Shown piece after piece: positions 19,234-29,855 of a stretch of DNA of 64,000 bases (position 1 is the first letter of the stretch; every line of letters begins with the position of its first letter). A program made the translations under genes and the position numbers. The notes under the pieces were generated by a model. The model did not search any database. It worked only from the letters and a program-made list of their open reading frames with translations, and was not told the DNA's origin. Origin of the DNA: a virus (taxonomy: Duplodnaviria > Caudoviricetes); IMG/VR virus record IMGVR_UViG_3300046779_001841, positions 192,001 through 256,000 of that record; one strand, 5' to 3'.

Positions 19234-20834
19234 TCTTTTGCATCCTCTAGTAGACCATTGAAAATATCTTTGAGTTCTGTATCAGACACTCCTTGTATCT
19301 TATCACTTTCTTCATCATTTTTTAGTCTTTTTCCTAAAACATTTTCAATTAAATCCATTTTATTTGCTAATGCTTTCATTACTCGATCATCTATTGTCTT
19401 TGGACAAACTAAATGATAGCAAAATACACGATCATGTATACTACCAATACGAATCATACGACCAATAATCTGTAAATAATCTCCTGCACTCCAAGGACTA
19501 TCATAAAAAATCACTGCTTTTGCTAATTGTAAATTTACACCTTCTGCGGCCGCCATCGTAATTAACACCACTTTCACATCTGATTTCTCATCTTGAAATG
19601 CTTCTTGTGATTTCTTCCTCTCATCATCTTTCTCACCACCAGTAATTCTTACACTTTTAATTTTCTTCGCAGTCAATTCTCTTTCTAAAATATCTACCAT
19701 CTTTCTAAATCTTGAGAAAATGATAACTTTCTCACCATCCAATTCATCTTCTAGTAATTCAAACAAAGCATCTATTTTTCCACTATCACCTACACCATCT
19801 ACAAGTTCAAGATGATTTACTATCTGTTGGCAATACATGACTGCTGTTAGTTTTGTTACTTCTTTTTGTTTAATTTCACCAGTATTCGCATCATATTGTT
19901 CTAGTAATCCACTTAATGCTTCTTTATATTTTGATCTTTGAACATCTGATAATTCACATTCAATTCTCTTAGTAGTCAATGGTGGTAATTCACTCGCTAC
20001 TTCATGTTTTGGTCTACCTACAAAGAATGGATCTATCTTATCTTTAAATGCTTCAATATCTGATTTACGATGTCCAACTACAAACTTAATTCTTTTTCTA
20101 CCTATTTGCTTATCTACACATACACAATAGTTAGACATGAAAACATTTTTACTTGGCATAAGACCAGGTACAGTCACCTTGTAAATTGCCCAAGCCTCCA
20201 TAAGTCTATTCTTAATAATCGTTGCAGATAAAGACCAAACCTTTTCTGCACTACCAGATAAATGAGAACACACTTGATGAATTTGAGATGTATCATTTTT
20301 AAATGCAGTGGCTTCATCAAATACCATAACATTGCCAGTGATATTTTGTAGATTTTCAAAATCTATAACTGCAGTACGATAACCTAAGATCAAAACTTTA
20401 ATGGATGTACAAGCAAAGAAAGCATCATAAGTCTTTTGTCTTTTCTTTTTATCACCAGTAACAACAAAGCAATTAATACCACCATTGGTAAATTTTTCAA
20501 ATTCACTCGCCCACTGATTTAATGCAGATTTAGTAGTGCATATAACTGCTGGCATATCTGGTTTCTTTTCCCAAACATAACACAATGTAGCAATAACCTG
20601 CAAAGTTTTACCTAAACCCGTATCATCGCCAAGAACAAATCGTGGCATTGCAAGTAAATGTAAAATACCTTGTAGCTGGTAGTTTCTCAAAGTTAAAGGT
20701 TTGCCATTTGATAAGTGTGTTCTCAAGAAAGAATTTGCTGGCATCTTGATTTCTTGTTTAACACGGACTTCTCTTAATTTTTCAATAGTGGCAAGAAGTT
20801 TTGGATCTTTTAAATAATTCATATAAGTAGTCAT
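19230..20834 (-). CDS. SNF2-family helicase (534 aa)
   Basis: LRNYQLQG, LGDDTGLGKT, VFDEAT, LSAT, EKVIIFSRF, AAAEGVNLQ, SPWSAGDYLQIIGRMIRIG. Confidence 0.92.
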   Translation of the reverse strand: MTTYMNYLKDPKLLATIEKLREVRVKQEIKMPANSFLRTHLSNGKPLTLRNYQLQGILHLLAMPRFVLGDDTGLGKTLQVIATLCYVWEKKPDMPAVICTTKSALNQWASEFEKFTNGGINCFVVTGDKKKRQKTYDAFFACTSIKVLILGYRTAVIDFENLQNITGNVMVFDEATAFKNDTSQIHQVCSHLSGSAEKVWSLSATIIKNRLMEAWAIYKVTVPGLMPSKNVFMSNYCVCVDKQIGRKRIKFVVGHRKSDIEAFKDKIDPFFVGRPKHEVASELPPLTTKRIECELSDVQRSKYKEALSGLLEQYDANTGEIKQKEVTKLTAVMYCQQIVNHLELVDGVGDSGKIDALFELLEDELDGEKVIIFSRFRKMVDILERELTAKKIKSVRITGGEKDDERKKSQEAFQDEKSDVKVVLITMAAAEGVNLQLAKAVIFYDSPWSAGDYLQIIGRMIRIGSIHDRVFCYHLVCPKTIDDRVMKALANKMDLIENVLGKRLKNDEESDKIQGVSDTELKDIFNGLLEDAKE

Positions 20835-20891
20835 CCTTTAGAATAATGAACAATCTACTTATAAGATATTTATCTATGTTTTACATATAAA

Positions 20892-21338
20892 TTATAGAAC
20901 TTGTTTTTTCACAACACCAGTAAATGGTTTCCAATTCTCAATAAGATTAAATAAGATCGCATATTGTATATGTAGAGGCTTACCAGAATTTAAAAGTTTA
21001 GTCGTCTGTAAGCGAATGTTTTCCGAATTAAGTTGGATTTGTAAATGTCTTGCTTTCATCCATGTTCTTTGTATCCAGATAACAATTTTGCGAACTGCTT
21101 TCATGGCTTTCAAATAGACTTCACCTGTATATACAGGTTTTCTTTTTACTGAACCAAATTTAAGTTTAGCAATTCTTGTTAAAACTTTATATGTTTCTGT
21201 TTGATAGTTAAGACCAATTTTTCTTTTAGTAAAGAAATACCAAGCTACATTTGCTGATTCTGTATCACGATTAAAAAATTCTAAAATAAAATCAAATAAA
21301 GAATCTGTATGTTCATCTATATAAGTCATTACATTCAT
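20892..21338 (-). CDS. Hypothetical protein
   Basis: 148-aa ORF coupled to the upstream gene. Confidence 0.7.
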   Translation of the reverse strand: MNVMTYIDEHTDSLFDFILEFFNRDTESANVAWYFFTKRKIGLNYQTETYKVLTRIAKLKFGSVKRKPVYTGEVYLKAMKAVRKIVIWIQRTWMKARHLQIQLNSENIRLQTTKLLNSGKPLHIQYAILFNLIENWKPFTGVVKKQVL

Positions 21339-21339
21339 T

Positions 21340-21837
21340 TTAAGCTACCATCCTTAATCCAAGTTTATTGATAAATCGAATATAAAGATTTTTTACTTCG
21401 ATCACGACTTCTTTACTTTTTGGATGATCTGCTTGATCTAATGCTTCATCCCATTCACCAGCTAGTAAAAGTTGAATAACTACATCACCATTCATAGGTT
21501 CATGTATCATAATCTTATTTTGTCTTTTTTCATTAAGTATCATTGCAATAATTTTATCTCTTGCTTGTTTTACTCTTGCACTATGTTTTATTAAACTACC
21601 AATTAGATTTCTACTTGTCTTATGACTTGCCATTTTTAATGCAGTATCATAGTCATTTTCCATTAAGACATCTACTATCTTTGGATCATCAAATTTTTCT
21701 ATGGTTGCATATATATCTAATAAGGTAGCAATATTTTCTTCTGCATTTCGTGTTGGCAAAGAATGTGTTGAATATCCACCATAAGATTTATCTGATTTGT
21801 TCATTTTAAAACTCCTTTTACACAAATAGCTTTTCAA
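21340..21837 (-). CDS. Hypothetical protein (probable start ATG 21804, MNKSD)
   Basis: AAGGAG Shine-Dalgarno upstream of 21804; diverges from the tail operon. Confidence 0.7.
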   Translation of the reverse strand: MKSYLCKRSFKMNKSDKSYGGYSTHSLPTRNAEENIATLLDIYATIEKFDDPKIVDVLMENDYDTALKMASHKTSRNLIGSLIKHSARVKQARDKIIAMILNEKRQNKIMIHEPMNGDVVIQLLLAGEWDEALDQADHPKSKEVVIEVKNLYIRFINKLGLRMVA

Positions 21838-21895
21838 TAAATATTTTATTATTTTTTAAGTATAAAGATACTCTTATTTAAAAGGATAGATCATC

Positions 21896-22669
21896 ATGTC
21901 TAAAAATCCAGATCAAAATCCACAAAATGTTGGTGGCTTTGATGTTCAAGGTACTAGTGAACTTTACAAATTTAATACATCACCAAATACTCGTGTTGCT
22001 CTTTCTCAAAAGGTTAGAATACTTGCACCTTCTTATGGTAAAACAGGTCAATCTGCTTTAAAGAAATATCAATTAGGTGTTGTAGAATCTTTTTCTTATG
22101 AAGGTAACAGTAGATCTACTGAAGCTAGACGCGGTATTGGTTTCGGTGATCAAATTGCAGAACTTGTTCCAGGTTTAACAGACCCACCAACCATTTCTTT
22201 TACTCGTGCTTTATTCTATCTTTCAAATGCTTTTCAAACTATTGGTTTTGCTGGTGGTGTTGATGGACCCGTAAGAAGTGTAAAACATACAAGATGGCCG
22301 TTCGATGTTGAAGAACAACTTGTATTTAGTGATATTGCAGATAATCAATCAGATGGTACTGATGGCAACACTTATACACAAGGTATTGTTAAAGTAGATT
22401 ACTCTGCTCAAAATGTTACCGAACCTGATGTAGAAGCATTTAAATATAAGCAAAAAGTCCATAAAGCAATCTTAACTTATTTTGAAACTTGCTGGTTACA
22501 TTCTATCGACCACTCTGTTGATATTGGTACTGCACATATTATGGAAAGTGTTGCTTGTGGTGTTACAGATGTTCATGATGGTCTATCTACTTATGGTGAA
22601 TTTTTATCCACAGGTAATAATCCATATCTTGGTCAAGTCGCATCTAAACGATTCCCAGGCACTCGTTAA
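21896..22669 (+). CDS. Putative contractile tail tube protein
   Basis: First gene of the structural operon. The beta-rich pattern LGVVESFSY..RGIGFGDQIAELVPG..ISFTRALFY..YFETCWLHS resembles T4 gp19-like tubes. Confidence 0.6.
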   Translation: MSKNPDQNPQNVGGFDVQGTSELYKFNTSPNTRVALSQKVRILAPSYGKTGQSALKKYQLGVVESFSYEGNSRSTEARRGIGFGDQIAELVPGLTDPPTISFTRALFYLSNAFQTIGFAGGVDGPVRSVKHTRWPFDVEEQLVFSDIADNQSDGTDGNTYTQGIVKVDYSAQNVTEPDVEAFKYKQKVHKAILTYFETCWLHSIDHSVDIGTAHIMESVACGVTDVHDGLSTYGEFLSTGNNPYLGQVASKRFPGTR

Positions 22670-22718
22670 TATTTTTTTGTATGATTAAGATGACGATCTA
22701 TAAACGGAGAATATTAAA

Positions 22719-23324
22719 ATGTTTTTAAATGAAATCGAATCAGCTTTTAATGATCTTATTCAAATTGGCAATCTTGAAAAACAAGTTTCCATTGGCAATA
22801 TTTCTTTAGTGCTTAAAACACTCACACCTTCTGATGAAATTGAAATCCAAAAAGTCATTTCTTCTTTTAGAAATGATGATACACTCGCAGTTGAGTTTAT
22901 TGATCTTTTTAGAAAAGAAACTCTTTCCAGAGGAATTGTTGAAGTCAATGGTAAAAACTTGAGAAATGTTAGTGTTGTAGAAACTGATGAAAAATTAGAT
23001 AATGGTGTTTCTATTAAGATTACCAAACAAGAAGCACTTTATAAAATGCTGGATAAAATGCCTAAAGGTATTCTTGCACATCTTTTTAGTGAAATGACTG
23101 CTTTAACAGAACTTTCCGAAAAACAAGTAGAAAAATTGTTAAACATTAAAGAAAAAGACAATCTTGTTGAAGCTGACATTCTGGAAACTCGTGCAAATAA
23201 TTTAAGACAAGAAGATACTATTAAAAAGAATGAAGAAAAAACTAAACAAAGTCTGGCAACTTTGAATAATGTTAAGCAACCAAATTTTAGTGATGCTTTA
23301 AAGGAAATTGGATCTGTTGAATAA
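22719..23324 (+). CDS. Putative tail assembly chaperone
   Basis: Lies between tube and tape measure; LVLKTLTPSDEIEI..LSRGIVEVNG..ILAHLFSEM pattern. Confidence 0.55.
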   Translation: MFLNEIESAFNDLIQIGNLEKQVSIGNISLVLKTLTPSDEIEIQKVISSFRNDDTLAVEFIDLFRKETLSRGIVEVNGKNLRNVSVVETDEKLDNGVSIKITKQEALYKMLDKMPKGILAHLFSEMTALTELSEKQVEKLLNIKEKDNLVEADILETRANNLRQEDTIKKNEEKTKQSLATLNNVKQPNFSDALKEIGSVE

Positions 23325-23326
23325 AA

Positions 23327-24382
23327 ATGATAGATCATTATCAAGATTTAAGACAAGTCATTGAACAAGGCTTTCTTTCTTTTAAAATTCTTGTCAATCA
23401 CAAATATATTGTTTTCCGATCTCCATCTCTAAAAGATTTAGAAATTATGGAATCCTATTCTCTTAGACCTATGAGAGATATTATTCTCATGGCAAGATGT
23501 ATCTATTCTATTGGTTATGTTAAAATCAATCAAGATCGAGATTTCTACTATCTGATTGATTTCTGTAAAACTATTCCTATGTCTTGTTTTAATAAGATTG
23601 TGTTTTATCTTTATTCCATTACAAATAGATTACGAAGTGCTGGTACTTTACTTGAAGGATTTTGCTATGAAACAGAATCAAGACAAATTTGGAAAACATG
23701 GTTATCTAAAAATAAATTTCATAAATCCATAACCACTGATGAATTTGATACACTCCAAATCGCTTGGATTATCTGGAATGAAAGTGAAGATACTAAACAA
23801 ATTGAAGATGCACACTGGCAAAGGTCTTTATTTGTAGCAAGTGCTATGGCTTCTGGTGTAGATAAAATTAAAAAGAAATGGAAAGACCAAGAAGATTTAG
23901 AAAACAAGAGAAGAGAAGAAGTTAAGAAATATGCAAGGATGGGAAAGCCTATGCCTAAAGATGCCAAAGATATTATGTTAGACAATAATGAGAAATTAGT
24001 AGAAGAAATGAGAAGATGGTTAGCTGGTGAAGAAGATGAACATGATCGAGTGATAAGAGAACATAAAGAGTTTATGAAAGAACAGATCAATAATGCTAGA
24101 GTATATGCAGAAGAACAAAGGCAAATGGCAATAGAAAGAAAAGATGAAATACAAGCGATACCGATAGTCGGATATACTTTAGATGATATTAAACAAAAAG
24201 TAGTTACACAATCCACAACGATAGGTATTCAATTTGGCAAAGATACAGAAGCAGTATTGAATAAAATCATGGCAGATGTGATAGCACCAGAACCATTAAA
24301 TCCAGAACAAGATTCAATTTTCAATCAATCAAAAACATCTTTAATGGATAAAATTACACAAAGGCAACCTAAGATAGAATAA
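23327..24382 (+). CDS. Hypothetical tail-module protein (chaperone-like, coiled-coil C-terminus)
   Basis: 351-aa ORF immediately before the tape measure gene. Confidence 0.6.
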   Translation: MIDHYQDLRQVIEQGFLSFKILVNHKYIVFRSPSLKDLEIMESYSLRPMRDIILMARCIYSIGYVKINQDRDFYYLIDFCKTIPMSCFNKIVFYLYSITNRLRSAGTLLEGFCYETESRQIWKTWLSKNKFHKSITTDEFDTLQIAWIIWNESEDTKQIEDAHWQRSLFVASAMASGVDKIKKKWKDQEDLENKRREEVKKYARMGKPMPKDAKDIMLDNNEKLVEEMRRWLAGEEDEHDRVIREHKEFMKEQINNARVYAEEQRQMAIERKDEIQAIPIVGYTLDDIKQKVVTQSTTIGIQFGKDTEAVLNKIMADVIAPEPLNPEQDSIFNQSKTSLMDKITQRQPKIE

Positions 24383-24385
24383 AAG

Positions 24386-27300
24386 GTGGTATTTCAAATG
24401 GCAATTCCACAAATGCAATTAACAATAGATGAACTTAGAAAATTAGCAGACACTATCAGTAAAACAGATGATTCTCTTGCTAAAGTAATGGGTAATTTGG
24501 TTAAACAAACTGAAATTGTGGATCAATCAAAAACATCTTTTCAAACTACACTTGCCAAAGTTGCTCAACGAACTTTAGGTGATTATAAAGCACAAAAGAA
24601 ACAACTTGATGTAATCAATGCAAAAAATGAAGAATTTCGTAAAAGAGAAATTGAACGACTACAAGAAATCAATAGACTTCAAGATGCTGGTGCGGAAGCT
24701 AATAAAAATGAAATCCAAAATCAAAAAAGATTACTTGAGAGTTTACATAAAGAACATAAATTAATGCTTCAAGAAGAAAGAAAAATCTATGATGATATTG
24801 CGAAAAAAAATCTCAAGATAATTAAAGATTTTGAAATCGGTATTGAAAATATAAGAGATGATTTAGATAAAGCATTAACAGGTGGTAGTGTTTTTAAGAA
24901 AATATCATATATTGGTGGTGAATTACAAGAAACTTTAGAATCTGCTATGGAAGGTGGTGTTCGAGGTTTACAAACAATTCTTAAAAGTTCTTTAAGTGGT
25001 GTTACTCAAATTTTTCAAATGCAGGCTTTAAAACTAGCTGAACAAGGTCAAAAAGATATTGCTAGAATTGAAGAATTAAAATCTAAAGGTGCTGTTGCTG
25101 GTGGTGGTACTGATGAAGATAAAGAATTAACAAATCTTGAAACTAGAAGAGTTAGTTCTGAAAGTTCTGCTCAAGGCTTTCTTGCTATGAGTAAAGGATT
25201 GCAAGTTTTAAGCACCAGTATCATGGGTGTGGTTAGTGTTTTCCAAATGCTGATTGATGCAGAAGCTAAAGTTAAAGAATTTAATAAAGATATGTTAGAA
25301 GATGCTGGTGGTTCTTTATCTTTTCTTCGTTCTGGTCAAGAAAGTTTAGCTGAAAGTCTTAATACCTATCGTGAAGGGTTTGCTTCAATGTCAAACACTG
25401 TAGGTATGAAAGCTGAAGAAATTAAATCTCAATTTATTGCACTACAAGATACTAATTTATTCAATAAAGAAAAACTTAAAGATTTTGGTGGTTTTGAAAG
25501 AGCATTTAAAACTCTCTCTACTTATTCCAAAGGTTTTGGTCTTAGTATCACTGAAACCACAGAACTTACCGAATCTTTTGCTAGTAGTCTTGCTATTGAT
25601 ACTTCTACTCAACATGGTATGGAAACAATATCTGATAGTTTTCAAAATATCGGTTTCTATGCTAGTAAAACAAATATCTCTACTAAAGCATTTGCCAACC
25701 AACTTAAAGAAGTCAATGAGAAATCTACCACTTTCAATAAGTCCATTACTCAAACTGCTTCTGTTATGTTTAAATTAAATAAAACTCTTGGTGCAAGTAG
25801 AGCAAAAGATTTTTTTGAAGGTTTTGAAGATCTTAAAGAAAAAGAATTTGGTGATTTAATTAAGATGTCTGCTATGGCTGGTGGACCTGGTGGTGAAACT
25901 ATACAAAAAATCTTAAAACAAAATGCTTTAACTGCAACATCTGCACTCCAAAAGACTTTAGGTGGTAAAGAAGAAAAAGAAGCATTTGCCAAAGCATCTG
26001 CAGAATCAGGTCTTAATATTGATTTCACTTTGCCACTCGAACAAATTGTGGATCAACTTAAAGGTGTAGATATGAGTGGTGATGCTTTTATTAAATTATC
26101 TGGTAGCTTAGAAGATTCTGGATTATCAAATGCACCACAAATTCTCGAAAAACTTAAAGCATCCATAACTGCTACTCAAGGTTTAGGTAAAGAGAAAGGT
26201 TATGAAGAAGTTGCACCTGCATTAAAAGAATTAAGTATTGGTGGTCAATATGCTATGAAATTTGCTGAAATTAAAGCGATCATTGAAGCTGGAACAGATA
26301 AAGGTAAAACGATTAGTAATCTTGGACAAAAAAATTTAGAAATCGTTAAAACTGCTCTTAAAGGTACAGGTAAAACAGAAAAAGAAATCAATTCTTTAAT
26401 TGCTTTAGATATGAGAGCAAGAAGTGATTTTATGAAAGCACAAGATTTACAAAAAAAGTATGCAGGTGCTTCAAATGAAGATCGTAAAAAAATTGATGAA
26501 GAATTAAGTAAAATAGGTGTTATGATTAATGATGAAGGCAAACTTGTTACTAAAAACACTAAAGAACTTGTTTCTAATGTAGAAGATATGTATGTCGCAA
26601 CAGGTGAAATTTTTAGTGAAGAAGAAAAACTTAAACAACCACAAGTTAAATCTGAACAAGAACTTATGCAAGATCAAGTTGATGCTACTTGGGGTGTAGG
26701 TGATCGTCTTTCTGCATCTTTTGGTGTTTATCTTGAACAACTTAATTCTTATGTTGCTCGTATTTTAAGTTATATTTCTTCTTGGTTTGGTTCGCAATCA
26801 AATGAAGAAATGAAAACACAACAAAGACTTCAAGAAGAAAAAATTAAAGAACAAGAAAATATTAGAGATCAGATGAAAGCTGAAAAGAGAAAGATTGATG
26901 AACTTAATAAAAAAGGCAAAAATTTAACAGATCAAGAGAAAGCACAATTACAAGAAAGCACTGATAAATATAAAGCACTCGAACAACAATCTTTAGCGAG
27001 TGAAAAATCTTTAGAAATGTTGAAAAAAGGTATTGAACTTAAAGGTAGTAAAATAGCACAAGAACAAGAACTTGCTACTTCAAGTAAAGCATTAGCAGAA
27101 TTAGAATATGGTAAAGGTAGTACAGGTGCGGGTATTGGTCAATTAAAAGAATCTCTTGGTGTTAGTAGTAATGAACAAATTCTAAAAACACTCGATCAAA
27201 TGAGAGATATTTTTGAAGCACAAAGATCTGGTAAAGCTAGTGAAGGAGAAATTAAACTTCTTGATGAATTTAAAAAGAAAGTATCAGGTGCGGGTTTAGA

Positions 27301-28171
27301 ACTACAATTAGATAAAACATTGTTAGGTACTGATTATGCTAAAATCAAATCCAAAGAAGGCAAAGACTTATTTGAATCTATTGAAGGAACTATTTCTGAT
27401 ACTAATAAAACAAAAGTTAATTTAGGTGCTACAAAAACTCAAAAAAACAAACTCGCTTCTTTCTATAAAGACTTAGGTATTACTAATCAAGATGAACTCA
27501 GATCTAAAATTGAAGAGTATAGACAAATTCTTGAACAAGAAAATGATCTCATTTTTAATGATTTAACTGAAGAACAAAAAAAGAAAAAAACTCAAATCGA
27601 AGAAGCGATGGCAAAACATAATATCACTAAGTCTTTTGAATCGGGTTTGACACAATCAGATCTTGAATTTAGAACCGATGGTATGAGAATAGGGTATGCA
27701 GGTATTGGTAGTGGAAAAATAGAACAATATGGTGCGGATGCTTTCACTTCCGAAAATATTAATGCTCAAGCACAAGCTAATGCCAAAGCACAATCTGAAG
27801 AAGATAAAAAAAATGAACAAGCTAAAATAGATGCTAATGCTAAAGGTGTTCAACAAGGTCTTGAACAACATGATTTAGCTAAATCTACTATGATGATGCC
27901 TACTACACCTATGAACGATTTTATTTGGCGTGAAAAAGGTGGTCTTCAATCTTTCTCTCCACAAGATAATGTTATTGGTTTTAAAGATAATGGTATCATG
28001 GGTCAAGCTGTAAATAATATGATGGCTGGCAATACTACTACTAACAACAATAATAATAGAGCATTGTTTAATATCAATATTAATGGTGGTAATAAAGATG
28101 AAGTTCTTAAAACTATCACTGATGCTCTTAAACGAGCAGGTGTTGTTACCGAACGAACTTCCTATGCTTAA
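24386..28171 (+). CDS. Tape measure protein-like (probable ATG start at 24398)
   Basis: 1261 aa, helical/coiled-coil, rich in K/E/A/S/G; canonical position; C-terminal NDFIWRE..FSPQDNVIGFK..NININGG tail. Confidence 0.7.
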   Translation: MVFQMAIPQMQLTIDELRKLADTISKTDDSLAKVMGNLVKQTEIVDQSKTSFQTTLAKVAQRTLGDYKAQKKQLDVINAKNEEFRKREIERLQEINRLQDAGAEANKNEIQNQKRLLESLHKEHKLMLQEERKIYDDIAKKNLKIIKDFEIGIENIRDDLDKALTGGSVFKKISYIGGELQETLESAMEGGVRGLQTILKSSLSGVTQIFQMQALKLAEQGQKDIARIEELKSKGAVAGGGTDEDKELTNLETRRVSSESSAQGFLAMSKGLQVLSTSIMGVVSVFQMLIDAEAKVKEFNKDMLEDAGGSLSFLRSGQESLAESLNTYREGFASMSNTVGMKAEEIKSQFIALQDTNLFNKEKLKDFGGFERAFKTLSTYSKGFGLSITETTELTESFASSLAIDTSTQHGMETISDSFQNIGFYASKTNISTKAFANQLKEVNEKSTTFNKSITQTASVMFKLNKTLGASRAKDFFEGFEDLKEKEFGDLIKMSAMAGGPGGETIQKILKQNALTATSALQKTLGGKEEKEAFAKASAESGLNIDFTLPLEQIVDQLKGVDMSGDAFIKLSGSLEDSGLSNAPQILEKLKASITATQGLGKEKGYEEVAPALKELSIGGQYAMKFAEIKAIIEAGTDKGKTISNLGQKNLEIVKTALKGTGKTEKEINSLIALDMRARSDFMKAQDLQKKYAGASNEDRKKIDEELSKIGVMINDEGKLVTKNTKELVSNVEDMYVATGEIFSEEEKLKQPQVKSEQELMQDQVDATWGVGDRLSASFGVYLEQLNSYVARILSYISSWFGSQSNEEMKTQQRLQEEKIKEQENIRDQMKAEKRKIDELNKKGKNLTDQEKAQLQESTDKYKALEQQSLASEKSLEMLKKGIELKGSKIAQEQELATSSKALAELEYGKGSTGAGIGQLKESLGVSSNEQILKTLDQMRDIFEAQRSGKASEGEIKLLDEFKKKVSGAGLELQLDKTLLGTDYAKIKSKEGKDLFESIEGTISDTNKTKVNLGATKTQKNKLASFYKDLGITNQDELRSKIEEYRQILEQENDLIFNDLTEEQKKKKTQIEEAMAKHNITKSFESGLTQSDLEFRTDGMRIGYAGIGSGKIEQYGADAFTSENINAQAQANAKAQSEEDKKNEQAKIDANAKGVQQGLEQHDLAKSTMMMPTTPMNDFIWREKGGLQSFSPQDNVIGFKDNGIMGQAVNNMMAGNTTTNNNNNRALFNININGGNKDEVLKTITDALKRAGVVTERTSYA

Positions 28172-28189
28172 CAGAAAGGATTTGTTTAA

Positions 28190-28783
28190 ATGCCTAGCTT
28201 ATTAGATCTCAATAATGGATCTGGTGTTAAACCTGTTATTTTTGATATTGTTGCTCCAGATGGATACACTTCTCTCTTAAATGATGGTCAATCAGATCTT
28301 AGACTTGTTCTTCAAGTCAATCCCACTTCACTTAAATTCTCTTACACTAAAAAAATCACTCGTACTCAAACATTCGGTGGTTTTATTGAAACTCATTGGG
28401 GTGATGAACCTATTACTACTACTATTGATACTGCTACTGGTGGTTTTATTCGTGTTGGCACTGGTCTTTCTGCTATCACTGGTTCAGTCCCAAGTGTTGG
28501 TGGTTCTGATAAAAATGATGGCACTCGCATGGATACTTTAGCTTATGATAAATACCTAGATTTCCTTGCTCTTTTCCATAACAATGGTGCTTTATATGAT
28601 GCTTATGGCAATATCGTTGTTCATGGTCGCATTAAAATGTCTTTTAATGGTGGTACTTGGTTTGGTTGGTTTCAATCTTTTACTGTTACTGATAGTGCAG
28701 AAACTCCTTTTAGTTTTGCTTTAAGTGCTAATTTCCAAGTCGAAAGAGAAGTCCATGAAATTAGAACACAGATGGGAATATAA
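28190..28783 (+). CDS. Putative tail tube initiator / baseplate protein
   Basis: LVLQVNPTSLKFSYTKKITRTQTFGGFIETHWGDEP motif; follows the tape measure gene. Confidence 0.55.
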   Translation: MPSLLDLNNGSGVKPVIFDIVAPDGYTSLLNDGQSDLRLVLQVNPTSLKFSYTKKITRTQTFGGFIETHWGDEPITTTIDTATGGFIRVGTGLSAITGSVPSVGGSDKNDGTRMDTLAYDKYLDFLALFHNNGALYDAYGNIVVHGRIKMSFNGGTWFGWFQSFTVTDSAETPFSFALSANFQVEREVHEIRTQMGI

Positions 28784-28786
28784 AAT

Positions 28787-29854
28787 ATGAAACCTACTCT
28801 TGATATTAGTCAATTTACTCAACTCGCTACAGGCGAACTTTTTCAAATGTACAGTAATGAAGTTTCTAATGGTGCTTATCCTGTTGATACTTCTGATCCT
28901 GTTGCTCGATCTTATTCTCCTTTTGTTCTTTATATTGAACCACCAGATGTTATCTTTCCTAGAGTAGTTAGGAAACAAAGTGAAATCTCTTCTACTAAAA
29001 TTCCACCTTTTGCATCACCTTTACGAAATCGTGCTTATCTTGCCACGAATGTTAATTCTCTCAATGGTGCTTCTATTTCTTCTAATGCTAGAAATCCTAT
29101 CTATTCTTTTAATAGTCAAGTTACTGAAAATAATACTTCTCAAGCTGGGCTTTCCGATAGAGATGTTGCACTAGATATTATTGATCAATACAAACAACTT
29201 AGAGATTTACCTCCAATGGTCTTTTTAGTCAATCCACAATCTTTAGGCTTGTCATATAATAAAGTTCAACAATATAGTGAAAGAACTCGATTTGGTTATG
29301 TCTTTCAAGCATGGGGTGAAGAATTACCTGATCTTGATGTTCAATGTAAATCAGGTGCTTATATTGCTTATGGTGATTCTAGTAAAACTGCTACTGGTTT
29401 ACAATTCGCATCTATGAGAGATAGTGCTAGTTTTAGACAAATCCTTGCTATCCTTGCCATGTATCGCAATGGTGCTACTATTCGTGATCGTGTTGGTAGA
29501 TCTGAAGTCATACATGAAGTCGGTCGCTTTGTTATTGAATATGATGGTACTCGATATAAAGGCACTCTTGAATCCTTTGAATATGGTTATGATGAAACAC
29601 AAATGTTAGGTGGTATGGATTTTTCTTTTAAAATGAAAGTCCATGAAATGACTTATTTTGAACCAACTAAGATACAGAATAAAGCTACACCTAAAATTTC
29701 TTTTGATTCAGAAAACATCGAACTCAATCAAGATATTCTTGAAGATAATCAAACTACTAAACCTGTTGGTACAGGTGTTTTACTTCCTACTGAAGAAAGC
29801 CAACAAACTCAAGTTAATGCTTTGTTTAATTCTTCTTTCCAACAAGGACAATAA
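28787..29854 (+). CDS. Putative tail tube initiator / baseplate protein, paralog of 28190..28783
   Basis: MVFLVNPQSLGLSYNKVQQYSERTRFGYVFQAWGEE aligns with the previous gene. Confidence 0.55.
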   Translation: MKPTLDISQFTQLATGELFQMYSNEVSNGAYPVDTSDPVARSYSPFVLYIEPPDVIFPRVVRKQSEISSTKIPPFASPLRNRAYLATNVNSLNGASISSNARNPIYSFNSQVTENNTSQAGLSDRDVALDIIDQYKQLRDLPPMVFLVNPQSLGLSYNKVQQYSERTRFGYVFQAWGEELPDLDVQCKSGAYIAYGDSSKTATGLQFASMRDSASFRQILAILAMYRNGATIRDRVGRSEVIHEVGRFVIEYDGTRYKGTLESFEYGYDETQMLGGMDFSFKMKVHEMTYFEPTKIQNKATPKISFDSENIELNQDILEDNQTTKPVGTGVLLPTEESQQTQVNALFNSSFQQGQ

Positions 29855-29855
29855 T

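Noticed and set aside
22719-24382. Programmed frameshift between tail assembly chaperones
   Set aside because: I saw no clear slippery heptamer near the end of 22719..23324, and the next gene has its own ATG 2 nt after the stop.
29658-29855. N-terminal extension of the hub ORF given in the track
   Set aside because: It overlaps the upstream gene by about 200 nt. An ATG 1 nt after that gene's stop (29856) is the more plausible start.
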